From positions 50,902,001-50,966,000 of the forward strand of contig CM060732.1 of assembly GCA_030704615.1 (NCBI GenBank): a stretch of 64,000 bases of DNA. The letters are read 5' to 3'. Shown here piece by piece: positions 26,408-40,639 of the stretch (positions within the stretch are counted from its first letter, which is position 1; each line of letters starts with the position of its first letter). The notes beneath the pieces are model-generated. The model saw only the letters and a list, made by a program, of their open reading frames with translations. It ran no database searches and had not been told where the DNA came from. Both the position numbers and the translations under genes were made by a program. This DNA is from Takakia lepidozioides (lineage: Eukaryota; Plantae; Bryophyta).

Positions 26408-27916
26408 TGTCGCGCACCTTACTTCGGTAAGCTCCCCTTCAAGTCATAGTTACTCGCTTTGATGCGCGTGCCTAACTCCCAAACTGGTCGCCGAGCCCTC
26501 ACCGAGCCAATTCAGAGCTTCGGCTGTTCACCGGGACATAACGGTCCCCCTTTACTCCTCCACTTGACCCTCTCTCAATTTGAGCCAAGTGGAAATTCCC
26601 TTTGGTCGATGGCAGTCCGGAACAGCTCCCCATACCTTGGTTGCTTTCCGGCTCGCACGCTTACTCACTTGTTTTTGGTTCACCAACGGCTTGCCCACCG
26701 TTCTCGGGGTTACTACTCCCTATATATACTTCTGTGAATGGGCAGCGGGGTTTGAAAAACAACCATGTCATTTTATGGCGAACCACCACGAAAACCCTCG
26801 ATTCCCGGTGATGAGTCGCGGTGAGTCTTGGCCCACCACCCACGGCCCCATTGGACCGTGATGAGTCCCAAGACTCCCCACGGCTCCCACCACAAGGTCT
26901 CCGCCCCATGGTGAGTCCTATGCCACCCCCAGTAAGACCCACTAAGCTACCACCATCCCTCGTGGAACCACCCCCACCGCAACCCGGTGTGCGGGGCTCC
27001 ACCTAGTGAGCACCTCTCCTTGAGTGCCTTGGGCACTCAAGGGTGCTTCAGCCCCCATACCTATTGTTGCCACTGCCCCCACCACAGGGGCAGCCCCCTT
27101 AAGTCCCGACGTCCTGCCCTCAAGGCAAAGGGCCGCGACACACACCCCTACCAACAAGGAGTCGATGTCCTCATCGACTTGTCCATTTTGTGAAAACGAA
27201 TATCCAAGTTGTGGCGTCCCACATCAAGGAGTTTGTTTCCGCACCTTGGCGTCTCATGGCAAAGAACCAAACCCCCACTTGACTCTATTCTCCACTAGCT
27301 AGTTCGGCCGACTTCCTCCAAGTCCCGGCCAAGGGTGGAGCCTCTCAAGCTCCTCCCAGTGCACTCTCTTGGCCCACTTCAAGGCCAAGGAGCGATCCTC
27401 TCCGAGGATCGAATCGCCTTACTGCACCAACATTGATTGCGACCGCTCATGATGCCGCTTTTGGCATCACCTTGAGCAAGGGTTCACCTTCAACCCTTTT
27501 TGACCAGGAAGATAACCTTGAACCAACCGTGCGCCCCAATCACTACAACTGGGTCCGCCTTGGAATGCTGGCCTGAGGTACGGGAACACGCCGAAGCCGC
27601 ACTACGACTTTGTCCCGAGTATGTGCACGCGTCAGGTGCGCACTAACACGTGAACTCCCAAAGAAGGCGCAAGTTTTCTTGCCTCTTGGATGGGAGTCAC
27701 CCGATTTCGGCACTGTGCAAACACACGATTAATCCAATTTACCTCTCCCACTTTTGTAAGCTAGCATGCATTCTACACACTAACCAGCCATACCATGCAT
27801 CATCATTCCAAACAAAAAGACACACATTTAGAAACCATTTCATTTATAACAAAATTTGTACAATACAAGTTTTTGCAATCGGATTCCTGAGCTAGCTAAG
27901 CCGAGCTAAGCATGCA
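26408..27916 (-). repeat. 3' LTR, about 1.5 kb, TG...CA
   Basis: Starts TG, ends CA next to the PPT; first ~620 bp match 32311-32916. Confidence 0.8.
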
Positions 27917-27925
27917 TTTCCTCCC

Positions 27926-30900
27926 CTACGCTCCAAGGTTGATGTCCCCATCAACGCTTCTTCCGCTTTTGAGGTCGCCCTTCGAAAGTTGCAACCGCCT
28001 CGGATGCGTTCCCCATTTCTGAGGCACGCACCCAAGATGCCTCCACATGATGATAGCCCTCCATTTCACGAGATACTCTATTTCTCGATTCTTAAACCTC
28101 CTCGACTTAAGCATTGCCTCCACCTCGTACTCAGGTTCATTTTCATGATCTAATAGTATAGGTGGCAGACACAACACTTGATGCCGATTCGGACGCGCTT
28201 CATCTTTGAAGTAAGGTTTCAAAAGGGAGACGTGGAATACCGGATGCACCTTGCTGTTTGCCGGCAACTCCAATTCATACACATCCTCATTCATAACCTT
28301 TCGGATGCGAAAGGGTCCCGCATACGGAGGTACGAACTTCGGACTCACTTCCGGAGGTAGTCGGAAATTTGTGATGTTCAACCAGACCTCCGTGCCTACC
28401 TCAAACTTAACTTCCCTCCGCTTCCGATTCGCCTGCCGTTCATACCGTTTCCTAGCTTTGGCAATGTTGTACTTTGCGAGCTTCAACAAACGCTCGCGTT
28501 CTTCCAGCACCGCTACTGCTGCCGGTTCCTCGACGTCTTGGGCGGCCCAACTTGTCGGCACCAGAGGTGCTTTTCCATAGACCAATACGAAAGGGGAAAC
28601 TCCCGTTGCGGAATGTTTTGTGTTATTATAACAGAACTCTGCCGCATCCAAGTGCTCCACCCAGTCCGATTGGTCCGCCGACACGTAATTCCGCAAGATC
28701 TGCTTCACCACAGAATTCACCCTTTCTGTTTGGCCGTCCGTTGTAGGTCGGAAGGCGGTGCTCATCTTGAGCCTCGTCCCCATCTTCTTCCAAAGTGCTC
28801 TCCAAAATTTATTTGTAAACTTTGGATCGCGGTCCGAGACAATATCCTTTGGGAGTCCATGATGCTTGAAGACGTGGGCGAAGTAAAGTCGCCCCGTCTC
28901 CTACGCCGTTGTCGTCTCCTTGGTGGGAATGAAATGGCCCATTTTACTGAACCTATCCACCACCACCATGATTGCATCGAATCCTTTTGACAGCGGCATG
29001 GCAGTCATGAAATCCATCGAAACACTTTCCTAAGACCCCTCTGGAATCGGCAAGGGTTGTAACAGCCCCACTTGCTTTTTGTACTCGCTCCGGTTTTGTT
29101 GGCATGTGGTGCACGTCTTGACATACTCCTCGGCCTCATCCCTCAGTTTGGGCTAGAAATACTCTTTCTTCAAGAGTACCGCAGTGCGCTTGGCTCCGCC
29201 GTGGCCCGCAAGCGGGCCATTATGGCATTCTCTCAAGAAACTATATATGATCCCTCCCTTCGGCACGTTGGGACGCTTTTGCTTATACCGGAGCAGTCCA
29301 TTTTGCAAATGAAACTGCGATTTAACCCCCATCCTCAAGTCCCGCATCACAGACTTCGCCATCTCATCCTTCCGGTAAGCCTTCCGGATCTTCCTTTGGA
29401 GCGTCGTCTTGCCGCTGTACACCAACATGAGCTGCTCCTTTCTACTAAAAGCATCGGCCACCACATTTTCTCGTCCCGGTTTGTACTGGATATCCACGTT
29501 GAACACCGCCAAAGTGTCTTGCCACCTAAGTTATTTTGGGGACAACTTAGGCTGCGTGACAAAATACTTCACCGTGACATTGTCCGTGAATACCTTTACC
29601 GGGTTGGAACCAACATAGTGGCGCCAAATCTCAAGGCAATGCACCACCGCCTTCATTTCTTTCTCATGCGTAGGCCACCTTCGCTCCACTTCATTCAGTT
29701 TCTTATTTTCGTAAGCCACTAGACGTCCATCCTGCATGAGCACACCCCCAATTGCGAAGTTCGACGCATCTGTATGAATCTCAAATGGACGGTCGAACTC
29801 CGGAATTTTCAAGACGGGAGCTTCCGCCATCCGTTGCTTCAACTGAGCAAAAGCTTGGCCACAAAAGGTGTTCCATACCCAGACTTTGGATTTACACAGA
29901 AGGTCTGACAGCGGCCCCACGATCTTGGCGAAATTTCTCACATACTTCCGGTAATAGGAGGCAAGTCCTAGGAAAGATCGCACTCCCGGAACCGAAGTCG
30001 GAGGCTCTCAGTCCAAGATCACACTCAACTTTCTGTTCCATTTTGATCCCATCCTGTGTAATCACATGCCCCAGGAACTCCACTTTTGTGACCCCGAATT
30101 CGCACTTTGAAGCTTTGGCATACAGCTTCCCTTCCCGCAATTTCTGGAACACCCTTTTGAGGTGCTCCAGGTGCTCTTCCTTTGTTTTCAAGTACACCAA
30201 GATGTCGTCGATGTACACGATCATAAAGTCATCCAACCACTCCTGGAAAAGGCTGTTCATTAGCGTGCTAAAGGTCACGGGTGTGTTGGTGAGCCCAAAA
30301 GGCATCACCAAGAACTCATACGAACCATATCTTGTCATGCACACGGTCTTCTCCTCATCTCCTTCCGCCACTCGGATTTGATGGTAGCCGGAGCGCAAAT
30401 CGATCCGGCTGAAATACTTCGCTCCTGCCAACCGATCGAAGAGGTCGTCGATCCTTGGCAAATGGTACTGGTTCTTGATAGTCACCTTATTCAGAGCCCT
30501 ATGATCGACACACATCCGCAGCGTCCCATCCTTCTTGTCTGCGAATAGCACCGGGGCTCCGTAGGGTGACTTACTCGGCCGGATGTACCCCTTTGACATT
30601 AGATCCTTGAGCTGAGCCTTCAGCTCAACCAACTCTCTGTGGCTCAACCGGTAGGACGCCTTGGCATGCGGCTCCGATCCCGGTATCACCTCAATCTTGT
30701 GGTCAACTCCTCTTCGCGGTGGCAAGCCGCTTGGAAAATCCTTCGGCATCACATCCCATCCATCTCTATTTATCCAAAATCCCATTGATCCAATCTGGGC
30801 TCGGCTCCCTATCGTCTTCTCCCTTCACTTGTCTTACGTAAAGCAAAAACTGGGGCTCGTGTGGCTCCTCCACGGCCCACTCCTTTGCTGTCAACATGTT

Positions 30901-31948
30901 TATTCGCCCTCCCACTAGGTTGGGTGTTTCCGACACTTGTAAAACTTCGCCACCATTCCCACACGACAACGTGACTACTCTCTTGCGGCCATCTATGACC
31001 GCTCCTGCTCAAAAAGGTCATCCCTAAAATGAGATCCACTCCATCGATCTCGCAAATGGTGAAGTTCTCACATCCCTCCCAACTCCCCAGCTTAAAAGGA
31101 ACATCGAACGCCAACCTCGTCGCCAGTTGTGGCTCTCTTTTGGCAAAACGCACTTCAATAGAGGCCCCCACATCACTTGTCAGGAGCCCCAGCTTTCGTG
31201 TCGATGCCGGTGTCATGAAGGAGTGCGACGCTCCTGTGTCCACCAACAACGACACATTAGTTCTGGAAATTATCCCACTTACGAACATTAACTGACTCCC
31301 TTTATGCAAGGGGCCAATCTCCTGATACAACTCACAAGACTGGTTGCCTACCTTGCAAGTCTTGGCAACCACCGCTTGCACCAAGTGGCTGATGGAATCT
31401 TCGGACAGCTCCGTGGTTGCCCGAGTCATGTTCAATTGTCAGGGTTTCGCGCACTTCTTGGCCATGTGCCCGGGCTCCCCGCAATTAAAGCATACTCCAT
31501 CGAAGGTCGCCTTCTGTCCGCCATAAGCCGTCGCACCTAATTTTCTTTTCGGAGCACCGGGTGTTGCATTGACGTGTGAAGGCCCTCCCTTCGATTTCCA
31601 CGTGCCATTGTCGCCGCGTGGCCTATCCCACTTCTTTTCCAGTCGGAAGGAGTCACCCTCTAGCCGAGTCTTCTTGTGGTTCAGCTCCGTACGGCCTTGT
31701 CTTTCGCCCCTAGGGACATCCGAGAAACATTCAACCCTTTCAATTGCCTCGTTCAAAGTCTTAGGTGGCTTCTCCTCTAACTTCCGCCTGGCCCATGGGG
31801 CCAGTCCCGCCACAAAGTTGAAGACCATTTCTAGTTCCGTCATATCCGCGACTTCGAGCAACAGCACATTGAAAGCCTGAAAGAGCCAGGTGTTGAGTGC
31901 CTTCCGATTTTGGACACCCTCGAAGGTGTCGGGTTCCTTAGGTTTCAC
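27926..31948 (-). pseudogene. gag-pol of the chromovirus, frameshifted
   Basis: CFNCGEPGHMAKKC; LLVDTGASH; MPFGLTN, YIDD; HTDAS; TDGQTERVN; PYAGPF; chromodomain EYEVEAMLKSR..EYLVKW. Confidence 0.9.
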
Positions 31949-32310
31949 TTAAACTTTTCCCTAGTGGAAGTGGCGTTAGCCGCCTTCAACACGTCTTACA
32001 ACGTCCGCCCAACTGCGCTAATAATCCCTCCCAAAAGGCTGCTGGCATGGGAGGCATCTGTTGGTCTGCCAGAGCCTCCGGGGAGTCCTCGGGCTTCGAA
32101 TCCCCCAATTCCTCCTGTTCTTGAGCGGCCTCGCTTTCAAAAGCATGAATCGTCTCCTCAAATTGCCGCTTCGGTGACACGTCGCCCCCATCGGGCTTAC
32201 CATGATCATCATCTTTCGGGCCGTTCCGCTTTCGCTTTGGCTTGCCCGACCCCATGATGAGGCCGATCTCAAGAACGATTGCGTACTGAACTCTAAGCTT
32301 TGATACCAAG

Positions 32311-32916
32311 TGTCGCGCACCTTACTTCGGTAAGCTCCCCTTCAAGTCATAGTTACTCGCTTTGATGTGTGTACCTAACTCCTCAAACTGGCCGCTGGGC
32401 CAACTCGGAGCTTTGGCTGCTCACCGGGATATAACGGTCCCCTTTACTCCTCCACTTGACCCTCTCTCAACTTGGGCCAAGTGAAATTCCCTTTGGTCGA
32501 TGGCAGTTCGGAACAGCTCCCCACACCTTGGTCGCTTTCCGGCTCGCACGCTTACTTACTAGTTTTTGGTCACCAACGGGCTTGTACCATTCTCGGGGTT
32601 ACTACTCCCTATATATACTTTTGTGACTGACCGCGGGGGTTTCACAAACAACCATGCCATTTTATGGCGAACCACCACGAAAACCCTCGATTCCCGGTGA
32701 TGAGTCGCGGTGAGTCTTGGCCCACCCACCACGGCCCCATTGGACCGTGATGAGTCCCAAGACTCCCCACGACTCCCACCGCAAGGTCTCCGCCCCCATG
32801 GTGAGTCGTATGCCACCCCCACTAAGTCCCACTAAGCTACCACCACCCCTCGTGGAACCACCAACCCGGTGTGCGGGGCTCCACCTAGTGAGCGCCTCCG
32901 CCTCCTTTAGTGCCTT
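32311..32916 (-). repeat. Remnant of 5' LTR (about 600 bp next to the PBS)
   Basis: Homologous to 26408-about 27030; similarity stops after agtgccttg. Confidence 0.85.
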
Positions 32917-32971
32917 GAAGCAGATGAAACTTTAGCGACTTCTAACTCATATGATCACACCTCTTCCTTAT

Positions 32972-33150
32972 GTTAACCCCAATCTGGTTCACGCACAGAG
33001 CATTCTTGCCATCTGGGCTGTACAGGTTGTGCTCATGGGAGCTGTAGAGGGCTTCCGCATCAATGGTCTCCCTGGTGTTGGTGATGGTGGCGATCTTTAC
33101 CCTGGTGGAACCTACTTTGACCCCCTCGGGCTCGCTGATGACCCTGAGAC
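32972..33150 (+). pseudogene. LHCB3: Fragment of light-harvesting chlorophyll a/b protein, Lhcb3-like
   Basis: [59 protein letters not shown]; no N- or C-terminal parts nearby. Confidence 0.8.
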
Positions 33151-35859
33151 TCTTGTATCTTCTTCCATGAAATTTGCATGAGTTGGAATCAAGTTTTCAA
33201 TCTCATAGTCCAAACTTGGAACAATTGTTTATTGATGAATGTCCATAAACTCATTGAAAATAATCCTTCAACCAGGCATGCCACGATCCTGCATGGGATG
33301 CACTGGTTTAGACTTCAAATCCTGAAGCGTACACTACCTCACCTATAGGTGGGAGACACCAGGGAACGGCAACCGATCCAAATAACAGTTAGTTACGTAT
33401 CGACACACAAAGTATATAAGAACGGATCGTAGCACCCTCCGCTCCGCTACCTTCGGGATGACAAAGGGTCAGTACTTCCAGACGCACTCCCTTCAGTCTA
33501 CGAGTGAGAAGGTTGGCTCCCAAATAAAAAACTGACGGTCTGAAACATAATCGTGGGCAGCGTTAGATGATGTCGAACGACATAGTCTAGCCTTCCGTAG
33601 TACTTGGAAACTTTACAAGATAGACCTGCACTTAGAGCAACCTTATAGCCTCACAGGTTAGGGGCTGACACTTTCAACATAAATCAGACGTGACTCTCAA
33701 ACCATGTACATTTCAGGACCAGACCGCAATTCCTATAATCGTCACCACACACGGTGTTCTCAAATGTACACGAACAAATCCAAGAAGTCTAACACGAAGA
33801 GGCTGATCTGATTCAACTACACACACCTCGATGGATCACTCACCACACGGCATCCCAATCACAAACAAGAAAAAAAAAAACTTGCGGCTGAAATTTTTCT
33901 TTGATTCAAAACCAGTCACTATACACTTTCTTATTTCACTACACCCTAACATGCATCAAATTGAGAGAGAGAGAGAGAGAAGGAGAAATAGAACTAGATT
34001 ATGATTGCTCTGGCCTTCGCCGACTGATTTATAGTAGCCCGTAGCTTTCCTATCGTCTCCATCCGTTAACTTGTTTTGACGGATGTCATCCATCCCTTTC
34101 TTAAAAAAACAATAATCACTACTGATGTGGCTAAGGTGCATTTAAGCACCGACACCTAGTTAAAAATTTTAATTATTTTTTCCTAGAGTGTCCATTACTA
34201 TAGCATAAAGTCTCTTTTATTTTAATCCTTCAGATCTGCCCCCTCCATCTGAACGGACCAGATCGAGTCACTTTTTTTCATCAATCCGTTGATATTGTCA
34301 TCCATCCAGAAATCCAGCCTGTAATCCATCGTGAGATATGGAGTCAATTCTCAAGTCAAGATCCGATCTATGCGTCATCAAATTGTGATGTTGAATGTCC
34401 GTGTTGTAGAAGTCGTGAGTTCATCAGCTATGATGTTGTCGTTGTCTCAATGACATTACATTCCAATGTTCTTGTTCTCCAACCACCGAAGAAAATGGGT
34501 TAAGTTAACCTTTGTAGCCAACACCAAATCATTTCCATCTTCATCTTCATCTTCATCTGCATCCTCGATCTGAGCCTTCTTCCACAACACATTCCTTAGC
34601 CTGTCAATCAAGGCATCTGAGAATCGCAATCTTCTTTTCGAGCGGATCATCTTGGATCCGGTAAAAACTGATGAGGCTGATAAAGAAGCCATCACATTGC
34701 ATTAAGTGCTTGACTTGTCTCGCTAGGGAGAAGAGATAAATACAGAGACTAAGATACTTGAGGAGATCACGTGTAAATCCATCCAAAAAAACTGAAAGCA
34801 AGAAGAATGTTGAGCTAGAAGAGATTAAGAGAGACTAAGATACTAACATGAAAGCACGAAGAAGAAAAAAAGCACGATGGTTGGTGGATATTTACCTCAT
34901 ATGCAACACGCCTTAAGGTACTTGGAGAGACCAACTCACTCTTCATATACAATTCCTCACACACAATACACGCCAAAAAGTACTATGAGATAAGACGGAC
35001 ATGTACCTCAGTATTCCAGTAAAGAAGGATTAATAGAATGCTTGTAGTTCATGTTGTTCCTCAGTAAATAATCATACTTAGCTAGAGCTTCATTTTGGTT
35101 CCTACTATCTGCTGTTCAATTATATCAATGACAAATAGTTGAATAAGTGCCATGGCAACAAAGCCAAATTCTTTTAAGGTGCAGCTACATGTATAAGGGT
35201 CCCAAATCTTGTATACCTATAGGGATGACTGATGCATTTGTGCATTGATGATGTTTGGGTTTTTATTTTGACGGATTTCCTCACCAAGCTTCTGGCACCA
35301 ACTTACGTAACCACTGTATGAGCGAAAAACCTTAACCAACGTAAGTATCGTTAAGAAAATCTTGAGACATTATGGTTGGCCTAATATATATATATATTAG
35401 CAAATACCTCATATGTCCGAGCATACAAACTCTAAAAATAGATGAGTCATAAGAATGATGCAAAGTTGGAGATCAGAACGTTGTGAAAAGTCTCATATAT
35501 GCAATGGTCTTACAAGACCTCATATTGCACAAACAGTGGTCGGGTTTGGTCGGGTTTGTGAACAAGCTTATGTATCTTGAGATACTATGGTGGACTAAAG
35601 TATGGGAGTAAAAACCTCGTTTGTTCCAAATTGCAAACTCTTGAAAGAGATGAGTCATAAATGTGTTGTAAACACAACGTTGCGAGCCACTTTATGGCTA
35701 ACCTTGGGCAACTATATTGAATTGTCGTTTAACATATTTTCTGTTATTTGAGAAGCACAATTGATTATGGTCTGTGCTTGAGGAAAAACAGTGATAACAT
35801 TCATCTGGACCAAGTGGATTTGAATTATATATAAGATAATACCGTCAAAAACATAATAT

Positions 35860-36260
35860 AAAGATCTACGGCTATTGTGATGCAGATTAAACTAGTAATG
35901 TTGATGACCGTCATTCTACGTGGTTATGTTTTTCTCTGTTGATAAATGGTGCATTCAATCTACAACTGTTGTATTATCAACTGAGGCAGAATATATAGTT
36001 GCTCGAGCCGTAAGGCAAACAATATGGGTATTTTTGTCAAGTATTGGTCATCCATAGAGGGATACCACGGACATGTATGATGACAACCAAGGGTGTATTG
36101 CTCTCTCGAAGAATCCAACTTTTCATGCTCACACAAAAGCATATTGAGATTCGTCATCATCTAATACGAGAGAAGATTGAGGGAGAAATTGTCAAATTGG
36201 TATATAATTGCAATACCCGTTGCAGACATATTGACAAAAAGACTTTATGCTGAAAAACAT
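35860..36260 (+). pseudogene. Ty1/copia RNase H relic
   Basis: Read across frameshifts: GYCDAD..; DNQGCIALSKNPTFHAHTKHIEIRHHLIREKI; ADILTK. Confidence 0.75.
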
Positions 36261-38356
36261 GAATGCTTTGGAGGTTTAACGAGAGTAGTAAAATTCTTAA
36301 TCCAATAAATCAACTCCTTACCCAGTCAGAGTTATTTTAATAGCAATGATGATAAGTATCACTAGCCTCACTTAGCAATATCGCAAAGCACAATACCATG
36401 TTAGCAGTTAGAGATAAGTAAATTAAACGGTCATTAGAGTTGTTTGTGCTAAATCTAGGAAAAGATATGCGAAAGTTATCTCGGCTATTTCAACCATAGA
36501 CCTTGAGTATAAATGGGGAGAGCTCGGAGGGTGGAACAGTAGTGGGGCTTGTTAGGTTCCTATGGTTGGTGGAGAGTTCTCAGTAAATCATTTCATCTTT
36601 AATCCCAATTCTCTTACTGATTACAACAACTGATATGTTTACTTGCGTTTTAGTATGCATATGCCTCATCATGGCTCAATTGAAGGTTTTAATTTTTCCC
36701 TCCAATGCTTATTATTTATTTCAGAATGGCTTTGATTGGACCCTTGAAATCACATCCATTTGTGTGTGTTTGCCAGCATGGAAGAAACTTCCAAACCTTC
36801 TGGAATGATGTTTCTACAGCTCTCTCTCACTCTCAGAGAGTCAACTTGGAGGAGGTCATGTATGTTGTACTTGGCAATTGGCCATTGACGAACTCTCCGT
36901 TCATGAGCTACTTGTCAATCAGTCATAGGTGAAATGGTTGGGATGCAATTCAGGGAAACATTATACAACAGAAGGTGACACTAAAATACAAAAGAACAAA
37001 AATTGATTAGGTACTAGCTGCAAAACTTGGATATGCATGTTTACTATGGAAGCGAGAAGCCTTTAGAGAGGAGACACGTACACCCCTTGTAAGTGGGTAC
37101 ACTTGCACAAAACTCCACTTTCATCCTTGAAATTTTGTCACGTCCTCCTAAAAGGATCCATTCTTGGTTTGGGTCCTATAAGGTTCTGTTAGGTACGCGT
37201 GCAGTTTTCTTTTTTTTCCATGGGAGGTAAAGACAAAAACATATAAACATATAAAATAACCTGCTCTTGGTAGAGTCCCTCGTCCATGCTGTCCATGGAC
37301 TGTTTGTTTGGGGATACATACAAGACATGTAACTGAGCAACTTATCATGATAAGCTACTACACCTTTGCATGTGAGTACCTTAGAGAACGCAAGCTTGTA
37401 TGCACAGGATAAATTCCAGTGCTAATGCCGGTCTCTCCCTGGAGGAAGGAGAGGGCCATTTTGGAAGTTCAGTTGGGACTGTCATCTCCATCTAAAAGAG
37501 TGTGCATATTGTGGATAGCTGTGAGCAGGACTCCAATGACTGCATTTGTGCCTCTGCAGCCAGCACCACAGCCTGCGAATCATTCTTTACTATGCATGAT
37601 GCACAGATGTTCGACCTAGGAGCTAAGCCAAAGAAGAAAGACTCCAGAAAGACTCAGGCGGGTCTGTCAACCATGCAGAGCACAAGCCTCATTGCCCAAA
37701 CCTGCCTGCCAATCGTATCAACTTCCTAGTGCTGTGTCTTTTGTGGCAAATCTAAGGTTATCTCCCACTATACTGCTCCACTGGTGTGGTAGCCCTTTGA
37801 AGGGCGGTCCAAAACCCTTCACCATTCCATGTGAAACCATCACCCATGCATGGATTAAATGTTTTCAGCATTGCTTCATTGAGAGATGTCCTTTCCTAGC
37901 ATAAACCTCACTGTTGAGAAGAAGACTTGCCCTCTAGAGCTGACAGGACATAGCAAATGATACAAATGCACGGGTAAAGCACTCACAAGCAGAATAGACT
38001 GAAACCACCAGGCAGAGTTTGTCGAGGTTGAGTGAGCAGTTGTCAAACTTGGGGAAGCTTGACTGGACAGAGTACTTTCAGAATCAGGTATTCTGAATAA
38101 AGGAAATGGGTCTAGGAAAACCACTCCTCTGCACAACAGAGGTGCCTAACCCCGTTCTCCTACTAGCGACCACTGCAGACAGATATATACCAATGCTGTT
38201 ATGCTAAAGCTGAATGTGCTACACAAATTGCCTGCATAATCCCACGCATTCAGACACTCAATTGTATCACTTGTGGGAAAAGAGAACGTCTTTCTGTTAT
38301 TCACCTTCATTGCCATTCTGTAATACACTGCAGTGCAGCACACACGAATACATAGA

Positions 38357-40108
38357 CTAAACTCGAAGCCAGACACTTGAAGACCGTGACAGCTTCACTG
38401 CAGCTTCAGGATTATAAGCTTTCCTACAACCAGGGCACCGACCGTCATCTGAGGCGATCCTGTGATGACAGAACAGACAGAGTTGAAAACCACAGGTGCA
38501 AGGGATGTAAGAAGAATCAGTCATATCAAGCTCCTCTGTGCAGATGGGACAATAGGATGGGGTTGGAGGGGGGCCCCACATATTCCCATGCCCGGAGCCC
38601 CACCCTTGGTTATTATTACTGGACTGATGGATAGGGTAACTGTGCTGCTTTGTAAGCCTTGGCAATGTGGGCGGCCGTGATACATCGTCTGGTCTCCATG
38701 CTCTGCCCCCATTGCCCCTTCTTCCCCCAAAACCACTGTTCTTATACTTGTACTCGGGCTTCAGCTGACCACTCTGTAGCTCTGAATGCAGTAATCCATT
38801 GGACTTCTTCTCGTGTGAATCCTTCCCGTCAGGATGTGAAACACGATCTGAATTAGGGCCTTTATGCGTCCCATCACACCGGTATGGAGACCCCTGTATG
38901 TACAGTGCATCTGCAGCAACCTCCCAGTCATCTTCAGCATCATGAGTATCGTTGTTATCTTCGAAACCACTTCCAGTATAGCTGCTGCTTGCACAGCTGC
39001 TTTTCGACTGGGATGTGCTTGCATCGCTGCTAGACCAACCGTTTCCTGCGTCTTGCTTATGTTCAACCCCTCCGTGCTGGACCTCCTCGTCCCCAAAATA
39101 TTTGGGCCGGCCTCCTACATGCTCTGGCCGTCTGACTGGCACCTCTTTTTTGATATTCTTACCTTCACTAGAACTCGTGGCGGTAGAACGAGAGTTCATG
39201 GCAGGAGAACCTACAGGTGTACGCTCGGTTGTATTAGTACTTGAGCCACTCAACTGGCTTCGACAATGCCCGGAAGTGCCTGCCATGTCGTGCCCTGTGT
39301 ATTCACTTGATGCCTCTCCCGTCTTAGGGTGGTCAAAAGTTTGATGCTCTTCTTCCGGCTTCCCTTGCTTCCCTGCAGGCAATTCCAGCAATTCCACACT
39401 CCAAATCGTCAAATCAAGAGATCCCTACCGTTGCGAAGTAATTCCAAGTACCAATCTACACAAAGTGCACTGGAAACCCTGGTTGAAAGCAGTCGATATA
39501 TGTGAAACGGATAGATCTCGTAAGCAAACCGTGCGTAGCAAACCCTCCATGGCAAGCAAAGGATACAATGATATCATTCGCACGCGACTTACCCTGTGAT
39601 CCTTGTGAACCATGTAAGCCCTGCGAAAGCCACTGCTCTCGACGAGCATCTTGCTTACACTGCTTCAACCTCGCCGTCCGGTTCACCTGTATTACCAAGT
39701 TACAATCTTCCTTAGGACCATATCGTCAACAGCAACATACTCATATCTCTATGAACATTCATGATGCATAGATTCTGATGAAACGTCTTCACATGAAGAC
39801 CCTAACCACAGTTTATGTCTGAAAGGAGACCACAGAAAGAAGTGGCCGATCTTAAACCAAACAAACAACGTTACGAGCATCGCCTACATATATCTCACCC
39901 GCTTCCGCTTGCTGGCATCCTTGGCACTCAAGAATTCGGCCCTAGATTGCGGATGTTTGCTCTCACAGCCTCCCGTATGCAACCGCACCAAATCCTGTTC
40001 CAGCTGCTGCTGGAATGCGCTTTGGCTGGGGCCCGAACGGCGCTGGCAAGGGGGAGCGTTGACAGTAGACAGCGGGTTAGAAGCGGCCATATTACGTTCC
40101 ACCACCAT
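38357..40108 (-). CDS. Plant NOT4-type C4C4 RING (zf-RING_4) protein; exons 40108(or 40090)-39899, 39686-39593, 39372-38357
   Basis: N-terminal KRKRVNRTARLKQCKQDARREQWLSQ; C-terminal CPICTEELDMTDSSYIPCTCGFQLCLFCHHRIASDDGRCPGCRKAY; phase-compatible GT-AG junctions. Confidence 0.85.
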
Positions 40109-40639
40109 AACACTCCCTGCGCATGCCTAACTCTCCCGGCAGCCTCTTTCTTCTCCTTTCTTCGTCAACAGCGCAGATCTATACCTTGCTTCCACACACA
40201 CCCGCCCTAAGACGCAATCCAACCTCCCCTCGAGCAGATGCAGAGCGGCCGTGACGCACGAGAGACGAGACAGAAGACAGACCAAAGAGGAGCAGAGGGT
40301 CTTCTTCTGAATTTATACCAACCCCCCGTGTTCCCCGAGCCAAACCAAAACCTATCGAGCCGTTCCCGAACCTGCTCGCCGAACCTGGCCCGAAGCGCCT
40401 AGAACCGATCGCCTGACCCGCCACGCGTCGGCTCTACGTGGCCTGTGTTGGAGGGATAAGCAGTGCAAACGCAGCCTCATATATATATATATTTATTTTA
40501 TTTTTTTAAGGGAACAGGGACAGGGCCGCCCTGGTAGAATTTTATTAGAATTATTGAAGGGAAAAAAATTAAAACCCTTTAATGCCCATAAGGCTTAACT
40601 CACGGTGAACCCGTGACGGATACTCCGAAGATCAATTAC

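Larger units (their letters stand above)
26408..32916 (-). mobile_element. Chromovirus-type Ty3/Gypsy LTR retrotransposon, degenerate, 5' LTR truncated
   Basis: LTR copies begin tgtcgcgcaccttac at 26408 and 32311; PBS TGGTATCAAAGC (tRNA-iMet type) at about 32297-32308 (minus); PPT AGGGGAGGAAA at about 27917-27927 (minus); gag-PR-RT-RH-INT-chromo. Confidence 0.92.

Noticed and set aside
26135-26449. 104-aa ORF running into the LTR
   Set aside because: No recognisable motif, and its end is supplied by LTR sequence; may be a relic
33200-35800. Short ORFs and GA/A microsatellites
   Set aside because: No motif support; likely decayed TE or intergenic sequence
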